64,000 nucleotides of DNA, taken from Bacteroidales bacterium. GTDB lineage: Bacteria; Bacteroidota; Bacteroidia; Bacteroidales; VadinHA17. The notes beneath the pieces were generated by a model. It was given only the letters and a program-made list of their open reading frames with translations. It was not told where the DNA came from and searched no databases. Below, piece by piece: positions 28,416 to 38,367 of the stretch; position 1 is the stretch's first letter, and each line of letters starts with the position of its first letter. The stretch covers positions 4,308-68,307 of the forward strand of contig JAGNKY010000012.1 of the NCBI GenBank assembly GCA_017999895.1, read 5' to 3'. The position numbers and the translations under genes are program-made.

Positions 28416-29753
28416 TCATATTTGAACAGGCAATCCGGGAATAGGGACTTCAAATTTCATATCAACCGGCCCGAATTCTATTTTTGAGGGGCCCAGGTTC
28501 ATGTCTGATTTAAGTATTTCATCCCATGTGATCATTCTGCCGGTATATGCAGCAGTTCTTCCCATTATTGCAGTCAGTGTAGAGATTGCAGTTTGTTCCG
28601 CTTCGTTAACGTAATTACCAGTACGTATAGCCCATACCAGATGCATGTGTTCCTGTACATAGGCAGGTATTTTCAATGAATTTGTTGGATTATTATTTTC
28701 ATCTCTGGGATATTCAAATTTCCATTTAATATTTCCATCCAGATCCCAGATAATATTCTGACAGTTAGTATATCCTTCGGTTCCAACGACTATCTCACCG
28801 GTGCCGTTTGCACAACCGTCTATTTGTCTGCACATGCTATGGGAACTCAGACCGTTTCCGTAATTAAAATCAATACTGAAAAAATCATACTGGTCGCCTG
28901 TAACACGTCGGTGTCTTCCTCCGTAACCAATTGCACTTTCAGGATGTTTTCCCGTGAACCAGTTTACCACATCAATATTATGTACATGGGTATCAAGTAT
29001 ATGATCGCCTGAAAGCCAGCAAAAATTATTCCAGTTACGTATCATATATTCCATGTCGTTCCATCCAGGCTCTCTTAGTCGGAACCATACATGATCCTGG
29101 TTCCAGTAAGCTTTTGCGGATGTAATACGTCCGATAGCACCGGCGGCCACCTGTTTGTATGTTTCGATATAATCTTCCTGATGGCGTCTTTGTGTACCCG
29201 TAACCACATTGATACCTATTGCTTCGGCTTTTTTCGCTGTCGTAAGTATTGACCGTATTCCTGTAGAATCCACTGCAACAGGTTTTTCCATGAAGACATG
29301 TTTGGTTCTGGTCACTGCTTCAAGGAAATGTTCGGGTCGGAATTTAGGAGGTGTAGCAAGTAGTACGACGTCAATCTCGTCGATAGCCATGAGTTTCTTA
29401 TATGCATCGAATCCCACGAAACAATTTTCGGCGGGAATAGGCAATCCGAAAGAAGCAAAGCGTTCTCTGCATGCATCAATTTTGTCCTGAAATACATCGG
29501 CCAGTGCAATAATTTCAAGGTCTGGACCTGCACTGATAAAATTGATTGCAGCGCCTGTACCGCGGCCTCCAGCCCCTACAAGGCCTGCTCTGAGTTTTTT
29601 GCCCGGAGGTGCTCCATTTAGTATAGGGGGCAGTCCAGCGGGTTCTGCTATCTTTTTTCTTCCGCATCCGGTCATTATTGCGCCTGCACCAGCCAGGCCA
29701 ATACTTGCCGCAGCAGCTTTTTTGATGAATTTTCTTCTATCAAAATTTTTCAT
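28416..29753 (-). CDS. Gfo/Idh/MocA-family oxidoreductase, Tat signal (possibly lipidated)
   Basis: 445 aa. MKNFDRRKFIKKAAAASIGLAGAGAIMTGC combines an RR motif with a Cys after the h-region. Rossmann start AGLVGAGGRG and EKP motif FMEKPVAV. Confidence 0.85.
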   Translation of the reverse strand: MKNFDRRKFIKKAAAASIGLAGAGAIMTGCGRKKIAEPAGLPPILNGAPPGKKLRAGLVGAGGRGTGAAINFISAGPDLEIIALADVFQDKIDACRERFASFGLPIPAENCFVGFDAYKKLMAIDEIDVVLLATPPKFRPEHFLEAVTRTKHVFMEKPVAVDSTGIRSILTTAKKAEAIGINVVTGTQRRHQEDYIETYKQVAAGAIGRITSAKAYWNQDHVWFRLREPGWNDMEYMIRNWNNFCWLSGDHILDTHVHNIDVVNWFTGKHPESAIGYGGRHRRVTGDQYDFFSIDFNYGNGLSSHSMCRQIDGCANGTGEIVVGTEGYTNCQNIIWDLDGNIKWKFEYPRDENNNPTNSLKIPAYVQEHMHLVWAIRTGNYVNEAEQTAISTLTAIMGRTAAYTGRMITWDEILKSDMNLGPSKIEFGPVDMKFEVPIPGLPVQI

Positions 29754-29759
29754 AAGTTT

Positions 29760-31295
29760 CTATTTCTTTGATAACACCAAGCTATCGGGTTCACATACCA
29801 CTCTAAATCCCACATCGATACAATCGGAATACCACCAGATGCTCTTAGGCATTTGCGGGTCAGTCATTAACCATATATCGGTTTTTGTAAAGTCACGCGC
29901 AGCGCTTCTCACATCCTTTGCGTCACTCTTGAACGAACCTCCTCTTATCACTCTCTCTTTTCCCTCCAAAGGGCCCCGTGGATTTATTGAAACAGTATCA
30001 TTTTTATAAGCATCGGCAGAATAATAGTCAGAGCAGAACTCTGCAACGTTTCCCGACATATTTTTTATTCCAAACGGATTGGGCTTGACTGCCGAAGGCT
30101 CAGCCGTTCTGTAATTGCTATTTTCCTTATATATAACGTATGAAGCAATTACGGCAGTATCAGGCTTGAATATCTTTTTCACAAATCCTTCTGAAGAAAA
30201 CTTTTTTGGATTGCCTTCGAAGAAATATGGAGTTGAAGAGCCGCCTCTACATGCATATTCCCATTCTGCTTCTGTTGGCAGACGGTAATATTTACCTGTT
30301 TTTTGCGAAAGCCATTTGCAGTAAACATTCGCGGCATACCAGGTCATGGTTATTGCCGGACGTGAGCCTTTGCCCCAGCCCTGGTCGGGAGCTCCCCATG
30401 GAGGGGTTGGCCCGGTGACAGCATCAACTTTTTTTGTCGTGACTATCTGTCCTTCGGTTCTCCCCTGAGAAGAAGTGGCCTGGAAAAAGGCAAGATATTC
30501 ATCCCATGTCACCTCTACTTCACCTATCCAGAAAGGAGATACTGTAACTTCCCTTACCGGGCCTTCATCATCTTCGCGCAGAGGTTCATCGTCAGGGCTT
30601 CCCATATTATATTTACCGCCGGGAACCGCTATCATATTAAACGAAACTTCTGTTCCGGGGATATGCTCGGTGAAATTTTCAAATTTTTCTACTTTGGCCG
30701 GCTCAGTGTAAACAATCGCAGTTTCAGTTTTAATGACTCCAAAGGTTGTGTCTTTCGCATGTTTAATGTTTTTATCAAAATGGCCTACATCAATATGACA
30801 GTTAATGCACTGCAAAGATTCCTTGTTTAAGGTATAAAACAGATGTGCATTGCCTCCGTCTTCGGATAATGTTACAGGAAACAGGTTAGTATGACATTCA
30901 AGACATGATTCTTCATAAACAATTTTCTTTGCATTTTCTGGAAGTTTTTTTGCCTCCCAGTTAAAATCGGCACTATCCTTAAACCAGTATCCATAAATAT
31001 CCTTTATTCCATGCTTAACCTTGGTTAAAAGATATCCCTTGCCTTTTGGGGCAAGATGACATTCAATACAATGTGTCTTTACGCCCGAACTATTGTTGTA
31101 ATGAGTCGAGAGTTTCCACGATTGTTCAGCATGGGGGTGAACATGGCATGACATACAATATTCATCGGTCGAAGTATAAGAAATTGCCTTATCTCCAAGT
31201 ATTATTAATATTATGCAAGCAATAACTCCTGCAAAAAAAATCCAGACAAATGACTTCTTTTTTTTTGATTGTCTGGTTATTTTGATTTTATTCAT
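29760..31295 (-). CDS. Fusion protein: membrane-anchored NapC/NirT-type tetrahaem cytochrome c + FGE-sulfatase (SUMF1)-fold domain
   Basis: 511 aa. It has an N-terminal TM helix (FVWIFFAGVIACIILIILG). Four CxxCH motifs occur at residues 47, 76, 131 and 163 (CMSCH, CIECH, CLECH, CINCH) with NapC/NirT-like spacing. The C-terminal ~290 aa carry FGE-fold hallmarks (MIAVPGGKYNMGS, YRLPTEAEWEYACRGG, NMSGNVAEFCSDYY, RVIRGGSF). Confidence 0.8.
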   Translation of the reverse strand: MNKIKITRQSKKKKSFVWIFFAGVIACIILIILGDKAISYTSTDEYCMSCHVHPHAEQSWKLSTHYNNSSGVKTHCIECHLAPKGKGYLLTKVKHGIKDIYGYWFKDSADFNWEAKKLPENAKKIVYEESCLECHTNLFPVTLSEDGGNAHLFYTLNKESLQCINCHIDVGHFDKNIKHAKDTTFGVIKTETAIVYTEPAKVEKFENFTEHIPGTEVSFNMIAVPGGKYNMGSPDDEPLREDDEGPVREVTVSPFWIGEVEVTWDEYLAFFQATSSQGRTEGQIVTTKKVDAVTGPTPPWGAPDQGWGKGSRPAITMTWYAANVYCKWLSQKTGKYYRLPTEAEWEYACRGGSSTPYFFEGNPKKFSSEGFVKKIFKPDTAVIASYVIYKENSNYRTAEPSAVKPNPFGIKNMSGNVAEFCSDYYSADAYKNDTVSINPRGPLEGKERVIRGGSFKSDAKDVRSAARDFTKTDIWLMTDPQMPKSIWWYSDCIDVGFRVVCEPDSLVLSKK

Positions 31296-31349
31296 TATAT
31301 ACTATTCCAGTCGTTTTTATAAAATTGAGCTAATTTTTATCTGGTATTT

Positions 31350-32288
31350 TCAATGAACTATTTCTTTTTTAAAATAATCTATCGTCATTTTGAGTCCTTC
31401 CTGTAGAGTAACTTCAGGGCTCCAGTTAAGGACAGCTTTCGCTAGTGATATATCGGGTTGTCGTTGTCGGGGATCATCTTCCGGAAGAGGACAGAATTTT
31501 ATCTTTGACTTTGAACCTGTCATTTTTATGATTATCTGTGCCAGGTCAATTATTTTTATTTCAGCAGGGTTTCCTATATTTACCGGTCCCGTAAAAGATT
31601 CGGGTGATTCCATAGTTAAAAGCAATCCTCTTATCAAATCATCAAAATATTGAAAACTTCTTGTCTGGGAACCATCACCAAAAATTGTAATTTCATTCCC
31701 TTTCAGGGCCTGAACGATAAAGTTTGAAATCACTCTTCCGTCGTCGGCCCTCATCTTTGGCCCATAAGTATTGAATATTCTGACAATTTTGATATTAACT
31801 TTTTCCTGTCGGTGGTAGTTCATAAAGATAGTTTCTGCACATCTTTTCGCCTCATTGTAGCATGAGCGGGCTCCAAGCATGTTTACATAACCTCTGTATC
31901 CTTCATGCTGTGGATGAATCTGAGGATCACCATAGATTTCGCTTGTTGATGCCTGTAGAATCTTTGCACCTGTTTTTATCGCAAGTTCAAGAGTATTTAT
32001 TGCACCAAGTACTATTGTTTTAATAGTCTTTATACCGTCTTTTTGATAAAATATGGGTGAAGCAGGACAGGCAAGATTATATATTTCATCGCAACTGATA
32101 TGTATTTTTTCTGTTACATCCTGCTCAATAACTCTGAAATATCTGTTATTTCTTAGATGTCGGATATTTTTTTCCCTCCCGCTAAAAAAATTATCGAGAC
32201 ATATAACGTAGTGCCCCGATTCAAGAAGTTTTTCACAAAGGTGTGACCCAATAAAACCGGCCCCGCCTGTGACCAGAATTTTTTTCAT
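31350..32288 (-). CDS. UDP-glucuronate decarboxylase (UDP-xylose synthase), SDR family
   Basis: 312 aa. Evidence: [77 protein letters not shown]. This closely matches the UXS pattern as I remember it. Confidence 0.8.
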   Translation of the reverse strand: MKKILVTGGAGFIGSHLCEKLLESGHYVICLDNFFSGREKNIRHLRNNRYFRVIEQDVTEKIHISCDEIYNLACPASPIFYQKDGIKTIKTIVLGAINTLELAIKTGAKILQASTSEIYGDPQIHPQHEGYRGYVNMLGARSCYNEAKRCAETIFMNYHRQEKVNIKIVRIFNTYGPKMRADDGRVISNFIVQALKGNEITIFGDGSQTRSFQYFDDLIRGLLLTMESPESFTGPVNIGNPAEIKIIDLAQIIIKMTGSKSKIKFCPLPEDDPRQRQPDISLAKAVLNWSPEVTLQEGLKMTIDYFKKEIVH

Positions 32289-32432
32289 TAAATAAACTTA
32301 TTAAAAAGAATTCCCACAAATATAATTTTTTATCATTATTATCCCATAGATAATTACAATTTTACACAAGTTTTGGAGAATAATATTAAAGGAAATAGTG
32401 AACTGCCTGAAACAAGTATATAAATGCTATTT

Positions 32433-33836
32433 TTACTGTAATGATGATATTGTTTTCCAGACATCATCCGGATTCTTCAAGGCGTTATCGGGCATCTTCC
32501 CGTTCTTTCCGAATACCAGAAGTTTATCATATTTTTCGATAGTCACCTTCGATTCATCAATTTTGCCGCTCTTATCTTTAACAGCATTTATGTTAAGTCC
32601 GAGATGCTTTGCCATAAAATCGTACATTGCAATCCGTTTCGAATAGCCATAATCGTGCTTTTCATTTGCAAGGTGCACATTCTCGACATTATCCTGCTTT
32701 CCATATAAGGAATATATTTTCCGGAGATATGGAAACTCTATTTCAGGCACATGTTTTGTCCAGTCGTCGCCGTCGGAAATAACCAGCATCGGGCGGGGTG
32801 ATGCCATCGCAGCAATTTCGGCATTATAGGTTAAAAGTTCCGTGCATGATTGTAGCGGCATTCCACTTTCGCACGGACAGCCTCCATAATAGTATGAAGA
32901 AACCATAACAACAGGCACACTTACTTTTATCCTGTCGTCGAGGGCAGTTGCAAGCATTGCCTGTGTTGCTCCTCCCGAGGCGCCTGTGATCCCAATTCTT
33001 GTGCCATCCACAAAAGGCAAAGTAGTAAAATAATCTATCGCCCGTATAGAATTAAGAGTTTGCATTGTATGTGCCAGCCCTGTTCTGTGTAGTTCGCTCG
33101 CAAACTGTAGTCTCGATTCACCCCATGCAAACATGTCGTAACTAAATACTATGGCACCCATCCTTGCAAGAGTGGCGCAACGGTATTGCATATCGGGCCG
33201 ATAACGGCCATACAGATTTGTATCGGGGTTTGAAAAATGTCCGTAAGGGCATAAAATAAGGGGAAACGGACCTTTACCTTTTGAAGGTTTATAAACAGAG
33301 CCGCACAGATAAACCCCCGGAATTGTTTCAATTGCAATGTTTTCCACGCTATAGCCTTCATATTTTCTTGCAGGTGTGACAATGGGATTGAAAGCCGTTT
33401 TCCGTGGAAAAGGATTTAGTTTCAACTGTGTGAGAAAACATTCACGCAGCTGAGCTTTTCTCGATTCCCAGATTTCGGGCGTAGTACAATAGGCAAGAAG
33501 TTGTTCAAGATGTTTCCTACCTTCTTCCACCGGACGCTGATAATAATTAAATTTGCTTATCTGGTAAGTATTCTCACCGGTTTTTTCATATACCAGATCA
33601 AGTGGGTAAAGAATATTAGTAAGGGTCGGCTCAATATCTACCCGGTAACGCCATGTAGGATAGTTTACAAACATATCTTTTACAAGGCTTTCACTATACT
33701 GTAGTTTTATATGGTATCGGCTTTCGATATCAATTAAAACTTCTTTCAAAGGTTTCTTATAAACCTCTTCCGGCAGTTGTGATCTGACAAAAGTGGCCGA
33801 AAACACTAATAAAAAGAGAAGAAATAGTTTTTTCAT
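32433..33836 (-). CDS. Secreted alpha/beta-hydrolase (acetyl-xylan-esterase / dienelactone-hydrolase-like)
   Basis: 467 aa with a signal peptide. A nucleophile-elbow-like motif RIGITGASGGAT (GxSxG) is present. Family-level call only. Confidence 0.55.
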   Translation of the reverse strand: MKKLFLLFLLVFSATFVRSQLPEEVYKKPLKEVLIDIESRYHIKLQYSESLVKDMFVNYPTWRYRVDIEPTLTNILYPLDLVYEKTGENTYQISKFNYYQRPVEEGRKHLEQLLAYCTTPEIWESRKAQLRECFLTQLKLNPFPRKTAFNPIVTPARKYEGYSVENIAIETIPGVYLCGSVYKPSKGKGPFPLILCPYGHFSNPDTNLYGRYRPDMQYRCATLARMGAIVFSYDMFAWGESRLQFASELHRTGLAHTMQTLNSIRAIDYFTTLPFVDGTRIGITGASGGATQAMLATALDDRIKVSVPVVMVSSYYYGGCPCESGMPLQSCTELLTYNAEIAAMASPRPMLVISDGDDWTKHVPEIEFPYLRKIYSLYGKQDNVENVHLANEKHDYGYSKRIAMYDFMAKHLGLNINAVKDKSGKIDESKVTIEKYDKLLVFGKNGKMPDNALKNPDDVWKTISSLQ

Positions 33837-34000
33837 TATATTAATTTTTTATATCTCTCTAAAGGCTCTCTGTAGAGCTTTGTGTCTGGTGGTGCAAAAA
33901 AAAAAACTCAAAAAACAGTGAGAAACCGCAAAGATATACAGAGATGCTTTAATAATTATTCAATTTTTCATAATATGAAACAGGAATGTAAGATAACAAA

Positions 34001-35395
34001 TTATTTACAATTGTATAAAATAGGGTTTACCTGATTATCTTTCATTTCATACGGTAGTTCATATACTTTTCTCCCATTATCATTAGTGAAATAGAGGTGT
34101 GATTCCGACAGTTTATCGGCATCCCCATCTGCCCAGAAAGAGTAGAAATCATTATTTGCATTCAAAGGACGTCTGGCATAGGAGTGATTACGTATACTTT
34201 TATTTGTAATCATACGTACTCTCTTCCATGTAATGCCTTCATTGTTACTTTCCCATAATGCCATTTCACCTCCGGTTCCATATTTCTGAGGGCCAGGTTC
34301 GGTAGGCCCGATTATCTTCCATTTATTATTTTCAGTATACAAGGAACCCATATCATAGTTATGTGTTGATTCGCAGACTTTACTGAAGTTCCATCTGTTA
34401 TCTTTCCAGTGAATAATAAACCATTCTCTCGGGTCTCCGGCGGGCCCAGGCCTGTAATCCCGGCCTATAACGGCAAGGATAACCGGGTTCCCTTTGCTAT
34501 CAAAGTTCAGATCGTTTATATATACGAGTCTTTTTTCAGATTCATAATCCTTTACAAGTGCTTCACAATGAACGTCTGTAAGTGGTGGCTTTAATATTCT
34601 CCCGTCGATTGTCTTCCATGTTTTTCCCATATCTTCAGTTTGCACGCAATAAAGATTTGTCCTTTTGTCAACGTCGCCTCCAGGATGATACATAAAAGCA
34701 GAAACGAGTTTATCACCGTACATATTTGTAACCTGATAATGACCGCCCATTCCGGCAAGTTTATTATCGGGCGACCAGTTTATTCCGTCAGGGCTTGTTG
34801 CCCAGTAGAGTTCGCGTCCGTTTGTATATTTTGTGAAAAGAAATATAAATCCTTTGCCTTTCACCCACCATGGTTGAGGATAGGTTAGTTCGCCTTCTTT
34901 AATTTTTTCAAAAGAGTCTATATTATAAGGGTTAATGCTTTTATAAATAAAACCCGGCCTATTTCGAGCCCTTCCGCTGATAAAGACCCAGAGATAGCCA
35001 TTTTCATCTATTGAGATTGAAGCATTATCGTGAGGATCATTAACGCCTTGCTTGTCATAAACTATTACAGGTCGTGGAATTATTTTTTGCAAATGGTCGT
35101 AATATGAAATCATTATTAACAAATGCCGTTCGTAGGCGTTTGTAGTTCCGCCCCATGTAAAGAATGTTTTTCTGGCCTCAGGCGAATATATTGCGATTGG
35201 AATATGATTGGCGGTATATGTACCGAGCCCGCCTGAATATTTATCACCGTATTCGGAATACTGGCCAAGAGTAAACCAAATACCTTTATAACCTTCGGCG
35301 CGAGCATTCTTACTTTGAGATAAAACTGCAGAGTTTAATATAAAACTTATTGAAATAATAGCTACAGCTATTTTTACTATTATTTTCATTTTCAT
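34001..35395 (-). CDS. BNR/Asp-box repeat beta-propeller protein (BNR_4-like), secreted
   Basis: The track ORF starts at 35464. The ATG at 35395 gives MKMKIIVKIAVAIISISFIL, a signal peptide. Three Asp-box-like motifs are present (SPDGINWS, TEDMGKTWKT, SNNEGITWKR). Confidence 0.6.
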   Translation of the reverse strand: MKMKIIVKIAVAIISISFILNSAVLSQSKNARAEGYKGIWFTLGQYSEYGDKYSGGLGTYTANHIPIAIYSPEARKTFFTWGGTTNAYERHLLIMISYYDHLQKIIPRPVIVYDKQGVNDPHDNASISIDENGYLWVFISGRARNRPGFIYKSINPYNIDSFEKIKEGELTYPQPWWVKGKGFIFLFTKYTNGRELYWATSPDGINWSPDNKLAGMGGHYQVTNMYGDKLVSAFMYHPGGDVDKRTNLYCVQTEDMGKTWKTIDGRILKPPLTDVHCEALVKDYESEKRLVYINDLNFDSKGNPVILAVIGRDYRPGPAGDPREWFIIHWKDNRWNFSKVCESTHNYDMGSLYTENNKWKIIGPTEPGPQKYGTGGEMALWESNNEGITWKRVRMITNKSIRNHSYARRPLNANNDFYSFWADGDADKLSESHLYFTNDNGRKVYELPYEMKDNQVNPILYNCK

Positions 35396-35490
35396 AGTTT
35401 TACAAAGAAAGAACACCGCTGACTTAAGACAGCGGTGCTCTTTCTTTTCATAATTAATGATCAACCATACTACAAATCAATCCTACAATT

Positions 35491-36468
35491 CTACTGATAA
35501 TGTGCGGGATTCTCATCCTGCCATTCGTTAATACCGTCGCGTATTCGGTTACGGAATTTTAATGTGTCGGTGCAATGATATGTCCAGCCGTTTCCTGGGT
35601 TTAGATATTTATACTTCAGAAATATCTTACGCTCCTGTAGTAATTTTGCATTGTTGAATAAGCTTTCACCGTCAGGCTGAATTAAATAAGTAGCATTTTT
35701 AACACTATCTACATAAACCCTATTCCCTTTAAGGATTAGTTTCATCTGGGATTTAGATGCTGTCTGATCAAGATATCCATTACATCTTAAAGTTGTCGGT
35801 CCTGATGTTGTCAATACCCATATTTTCGCCTCTGCTGTCGGTATAACAGTTTTATATGTATAGATTGAATCAGGCAGCCCTGGTCTTTCAATCCTCGCCT
35901 GTCCACCATGCCAGTAATTACCGAAAAGCATATTTTCAAATTTCAGACCTACTATATTATACCGTTTGCTTTCGAGTATTGTATCGGCGTCTGCTTTTTC
36001 AATATAGAATGGTAATGCATAAGTTGCGTACAATGTATTAATCGAATCATTCAAAAAATTAACTGAATCGGCCTTTACAACAATCGAACCCATGTGCTGT
36101 CCTGCCTTTATTATTATTGTATTTGCATTGCTCAATGTATAGTAATTTGAAGGAAGTAACTGTAGCGATGCAATAGGTGTTGTTGCCTCTTTGATGAAAG
36201 TCAGAGATGAGCCTTTCATTTGGGCAAGTACAGCAGGCGTAATCAAAGCCGGATCTATATTGAAAGTAACTTCACGGTCTATATTGTTTTTTCTCACTCC
36301 GCCCAGAGCGGCACCAACTTCTATTTTCATACCCTCTCCCACCACAAAGGTTCGAACATCAATCTGGTAAGGAAAATATATGCCGGTATAAATGTAATCA
36401 TGTATATAATCTTCGTAGCATGATACAGCGGCTACTGAGAGAATTATGAATGCCAGTAATTTTTTCAT
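35491..36468 (-). CDS. PUL-associated surface lipoprotein (DUF1735-like)
   Basis: 325 aa. The lipoprotein signal is LSVAAVSC. It lies immediately downstream of SusD, where accessory glycan-binding lipoproteins are normally encoded. The domain call is from memory only. Confidence 0.5.
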   Translation of the reverse strand: MKKLLAFIILSVAAVSCYEDYIHDYIYTGIYFPYQIDVRTFVVGEGMKIEVGAALGGVRKNNIDREVTFNIDPALITPAVLAQMKGSSLTFIKEATTPIASLQLLPSNYYTLSNANTIIIKAGQHMGSIVVKADSVNFLNDSINTLYATYALPFYIEKADADTILESKRYNIVGLKFENMLFGNYWHGGQARIERPGLPDSIYTYKTVIPTAEAKIWVLTTSGPTTLRCNGYLDQTASKSQMKLILKGNRVYVDSVKNATYLIQPDGESLFNNAKLLQERKIFLKYKYLNPGNGWTYHCTDTLKFRNRIRDGINEWQDENPAHYQ

Positions 36469-36488
36469 ATCTGTTTCTTTTAAAATTT

Positions 36489-38354
36489 TTAGTTCCAGGA
36501 AGGCCAGCCTTCGTTCTGTTCAAGTTTGCTCATACGCAATATTTCATTATATGGAATTGGGTTATATGGTGATGGGAAAGTACGTTCGTCAGCCACATAA
36601 CTATAGTCGTAAGTAAATGAAAGGTCAGCATTTTGGGTTATTGTAACTCCATGTACCGGCTTATTGATTACAGATTGCCAATTAGCATCTGTTGTCCACC
36701 TGCGAAGGTCATAAAATCTCACTCCTTCGAAGCACATTGTTATTCTTCTTTCATTTTTTATCAATTCGTCAAAGGCATCTGCGCCTTCAGAGGCAACCTG
36801 AGCAAGATATGCATCGGGGGCGCCTGGTACAGCAGGGCAAAGCCCATTAGCATTATCATAAGTCTTCCTTGCACGCAGATATTGAATAGCTGTACGTGCC
36901 GACATTCCATATCGTGATGCATCGAGAGGACCGACTACTTTATTTGCAGCCTCGGCGAAAGTAAGAAGCATTTGCTCCCAGCGTATAAGATATCTGTAAT
37001 GAGGCTGACGGTTTATTGAAGCATCCGACCAGTTTAGACCTGCAAAAATGAATTTCTTGATATGGTAATTTGTAAGGCTGTTTGTCGGCTTAACGCCGTA
37101 GGCGTCCTTACCCGGGCCGTTTGGCCCGCTGTTCCAGTTTTCGAAAATGTACATAATGTTTGAAGGAGAAACATTGTTATTTCTGTAAACTGGCCGATTA
37201 TTATAAAAAATAACACTATAGAATCTTGGATCACGGTTCACATAAGGATTTGCCGGGTTATACCCGCTTGCAGGGTCAGTTATTGGTCGTCCGTTAGCCA
37301 TTGGAAAAGCATCTACAAGTTCCTGTGTGGCACCTATCAGACCGTTACCCTGAAAACCTCCGGGGTAAAGCATGCGTTCAATATCATCATTTGAAGAATT
37401 ATAACGGGTTATTGCAATTGCCTCCGGGGCGTTCGGATTTGTCCATTGAACGGAATTCAAAGGTCTGAAGCTGGAAGAGGAAGAAGTCTGGTCAACCGTA
37501 AGTTTAAAGTTAACTGCTTTATATGAATTTACTGCAGCGCTATCGTATCTTGTAATGTCGTTCGAAGGGTTAAACCTCGGACTTGCCCATGTAAGATAAA
37601 CTATACCTTTGAGTGCATACATTGATATTCCGTCAAAACGACCCCAATATTTGCCTCCAGCATAAACCCTGTCAGCGGCATTAGGAACAAGAAAATCCCT
37701 GTGTGCAATCGGCAGATACTTTATTGCCGAGTCGCAGTCACTAATAATCTGCTGAACACATTCGTCATAAGTATTACGGGGAACATTAATTATATCGGTT
37801 GCACCATAAACTTCAGTAATAATTGGGAAACCAAGCATCTCTCCCGATTGAAAGCCTTTACCTCCAAATTTCTGCAAGAGATCCCATTCAAACCATGCTC
37901 GAAGTGCGAATGCCTCACCCTGAAGCCTGTTTCTTACAAGTGTGTTCCAATAAATATTCAAAATAAATTTAGTGTTATAACCTTTCCTGTCTTTAAGGAA
38001 AAGATTGCAATTCCTAATAGCTCTATAATCCCTGTCCCAGTATGTAGCAAACGGATCTTGTGAATTTGTCATTGTATTGTTTGCATATCTTCTCATAACG
38101 TGAGTACTGTTTGTAATTACGCCGTCGTCTGTTATAGCATCCATGTAAATGTCTTCATTGCCTGTGTAGTTCCTTACGTTTGAGTTTACCTGGTCGTAGC
38201 AGTAACCTATAAGACCCTGAACAAGGCTCTGGTAATCCCACAACATTTCAGTGTCGTAGTTGCCCTGGGGATAAGGTTCGAGGTAATTCACGCATGAACC
38301 AAGCAAGGCAGCGGTTACCATCATCAATATAGTATTCTTTATCTTTATCTTCAT
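36489..38354 (-). CDS. susD: SusD/RagB-family nutrient-binding lipoprotein
   Basis: 621 aa. The lipoprotein signal is AALLGSC. Its size, TPR-like core, the C-terminal R(F)YDLRRW motif (VRFYDLRRW) and its position after SusC support the call. Confidence 0.85.
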   Translation of the reverse strand: MKIKIKNTILMMVTAALLGSCVNYLEPYPQGNYDTEMLWDYQSLVQGLIGYCYDQVNSNVRNYTGNEDIYMDAITDDGVITNSTHVMRRYANNTMTNSQDPFATYWDRDYRAIRNCNLFLKDRKGYNTKFILNIYWNTLVRNRLQGEAFALRAWFEWDLLQKFGGKGFQSGEMLGFPIITEVYGATDIINVPRNTYDECVQQIISDCDSAIKYLPIAHRDFLVPNAADRVYAGGKYWGRFDGISMYALKGIVYLTWASPRFNPSNDITRYDSAAVNSYKAVNFKLTVDQTSSSSSFRPLNSVQWTNPNAPEAIAITRYNSSNDDIERMLYPGGFQGNGLIGATQELVDAFPMANGRPITDPASGYNPANPYVNRDPRFYSVIFYNNRPVYRNNNVSPSNIMYIFENWNSGPNGPGKDAYGVKPTNSLTNYHIKKFIFAGLNWSDASINRQPHYRYLIRWEQMLLTFAEAANKVVGPLDASRYGMSARTAIQYLRARKTYDNANGLCPAVPGAPDAYLAQVASEGADAFDELIKNERRITMCFEGVRFYDLRRWTTDANWQSVINKPVHGVTITQNADLSFTYDYSYVADERTFPSPYNPIPYNEILRMSKLEQNEGWPSWN

Positions 38355-38367
38355 AGTTTTTAGGTAT

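Noticed and set aside
29760-30653. Calling the FGE-fold domain a sulfatase-maturating formylglycine-generating enzyme.
   Set aside because: The position after RGGSF lacks the catalytic Cys-x4-Cys pair, and there is no sulfatase gene in the window. Only a fold-level call is retained.
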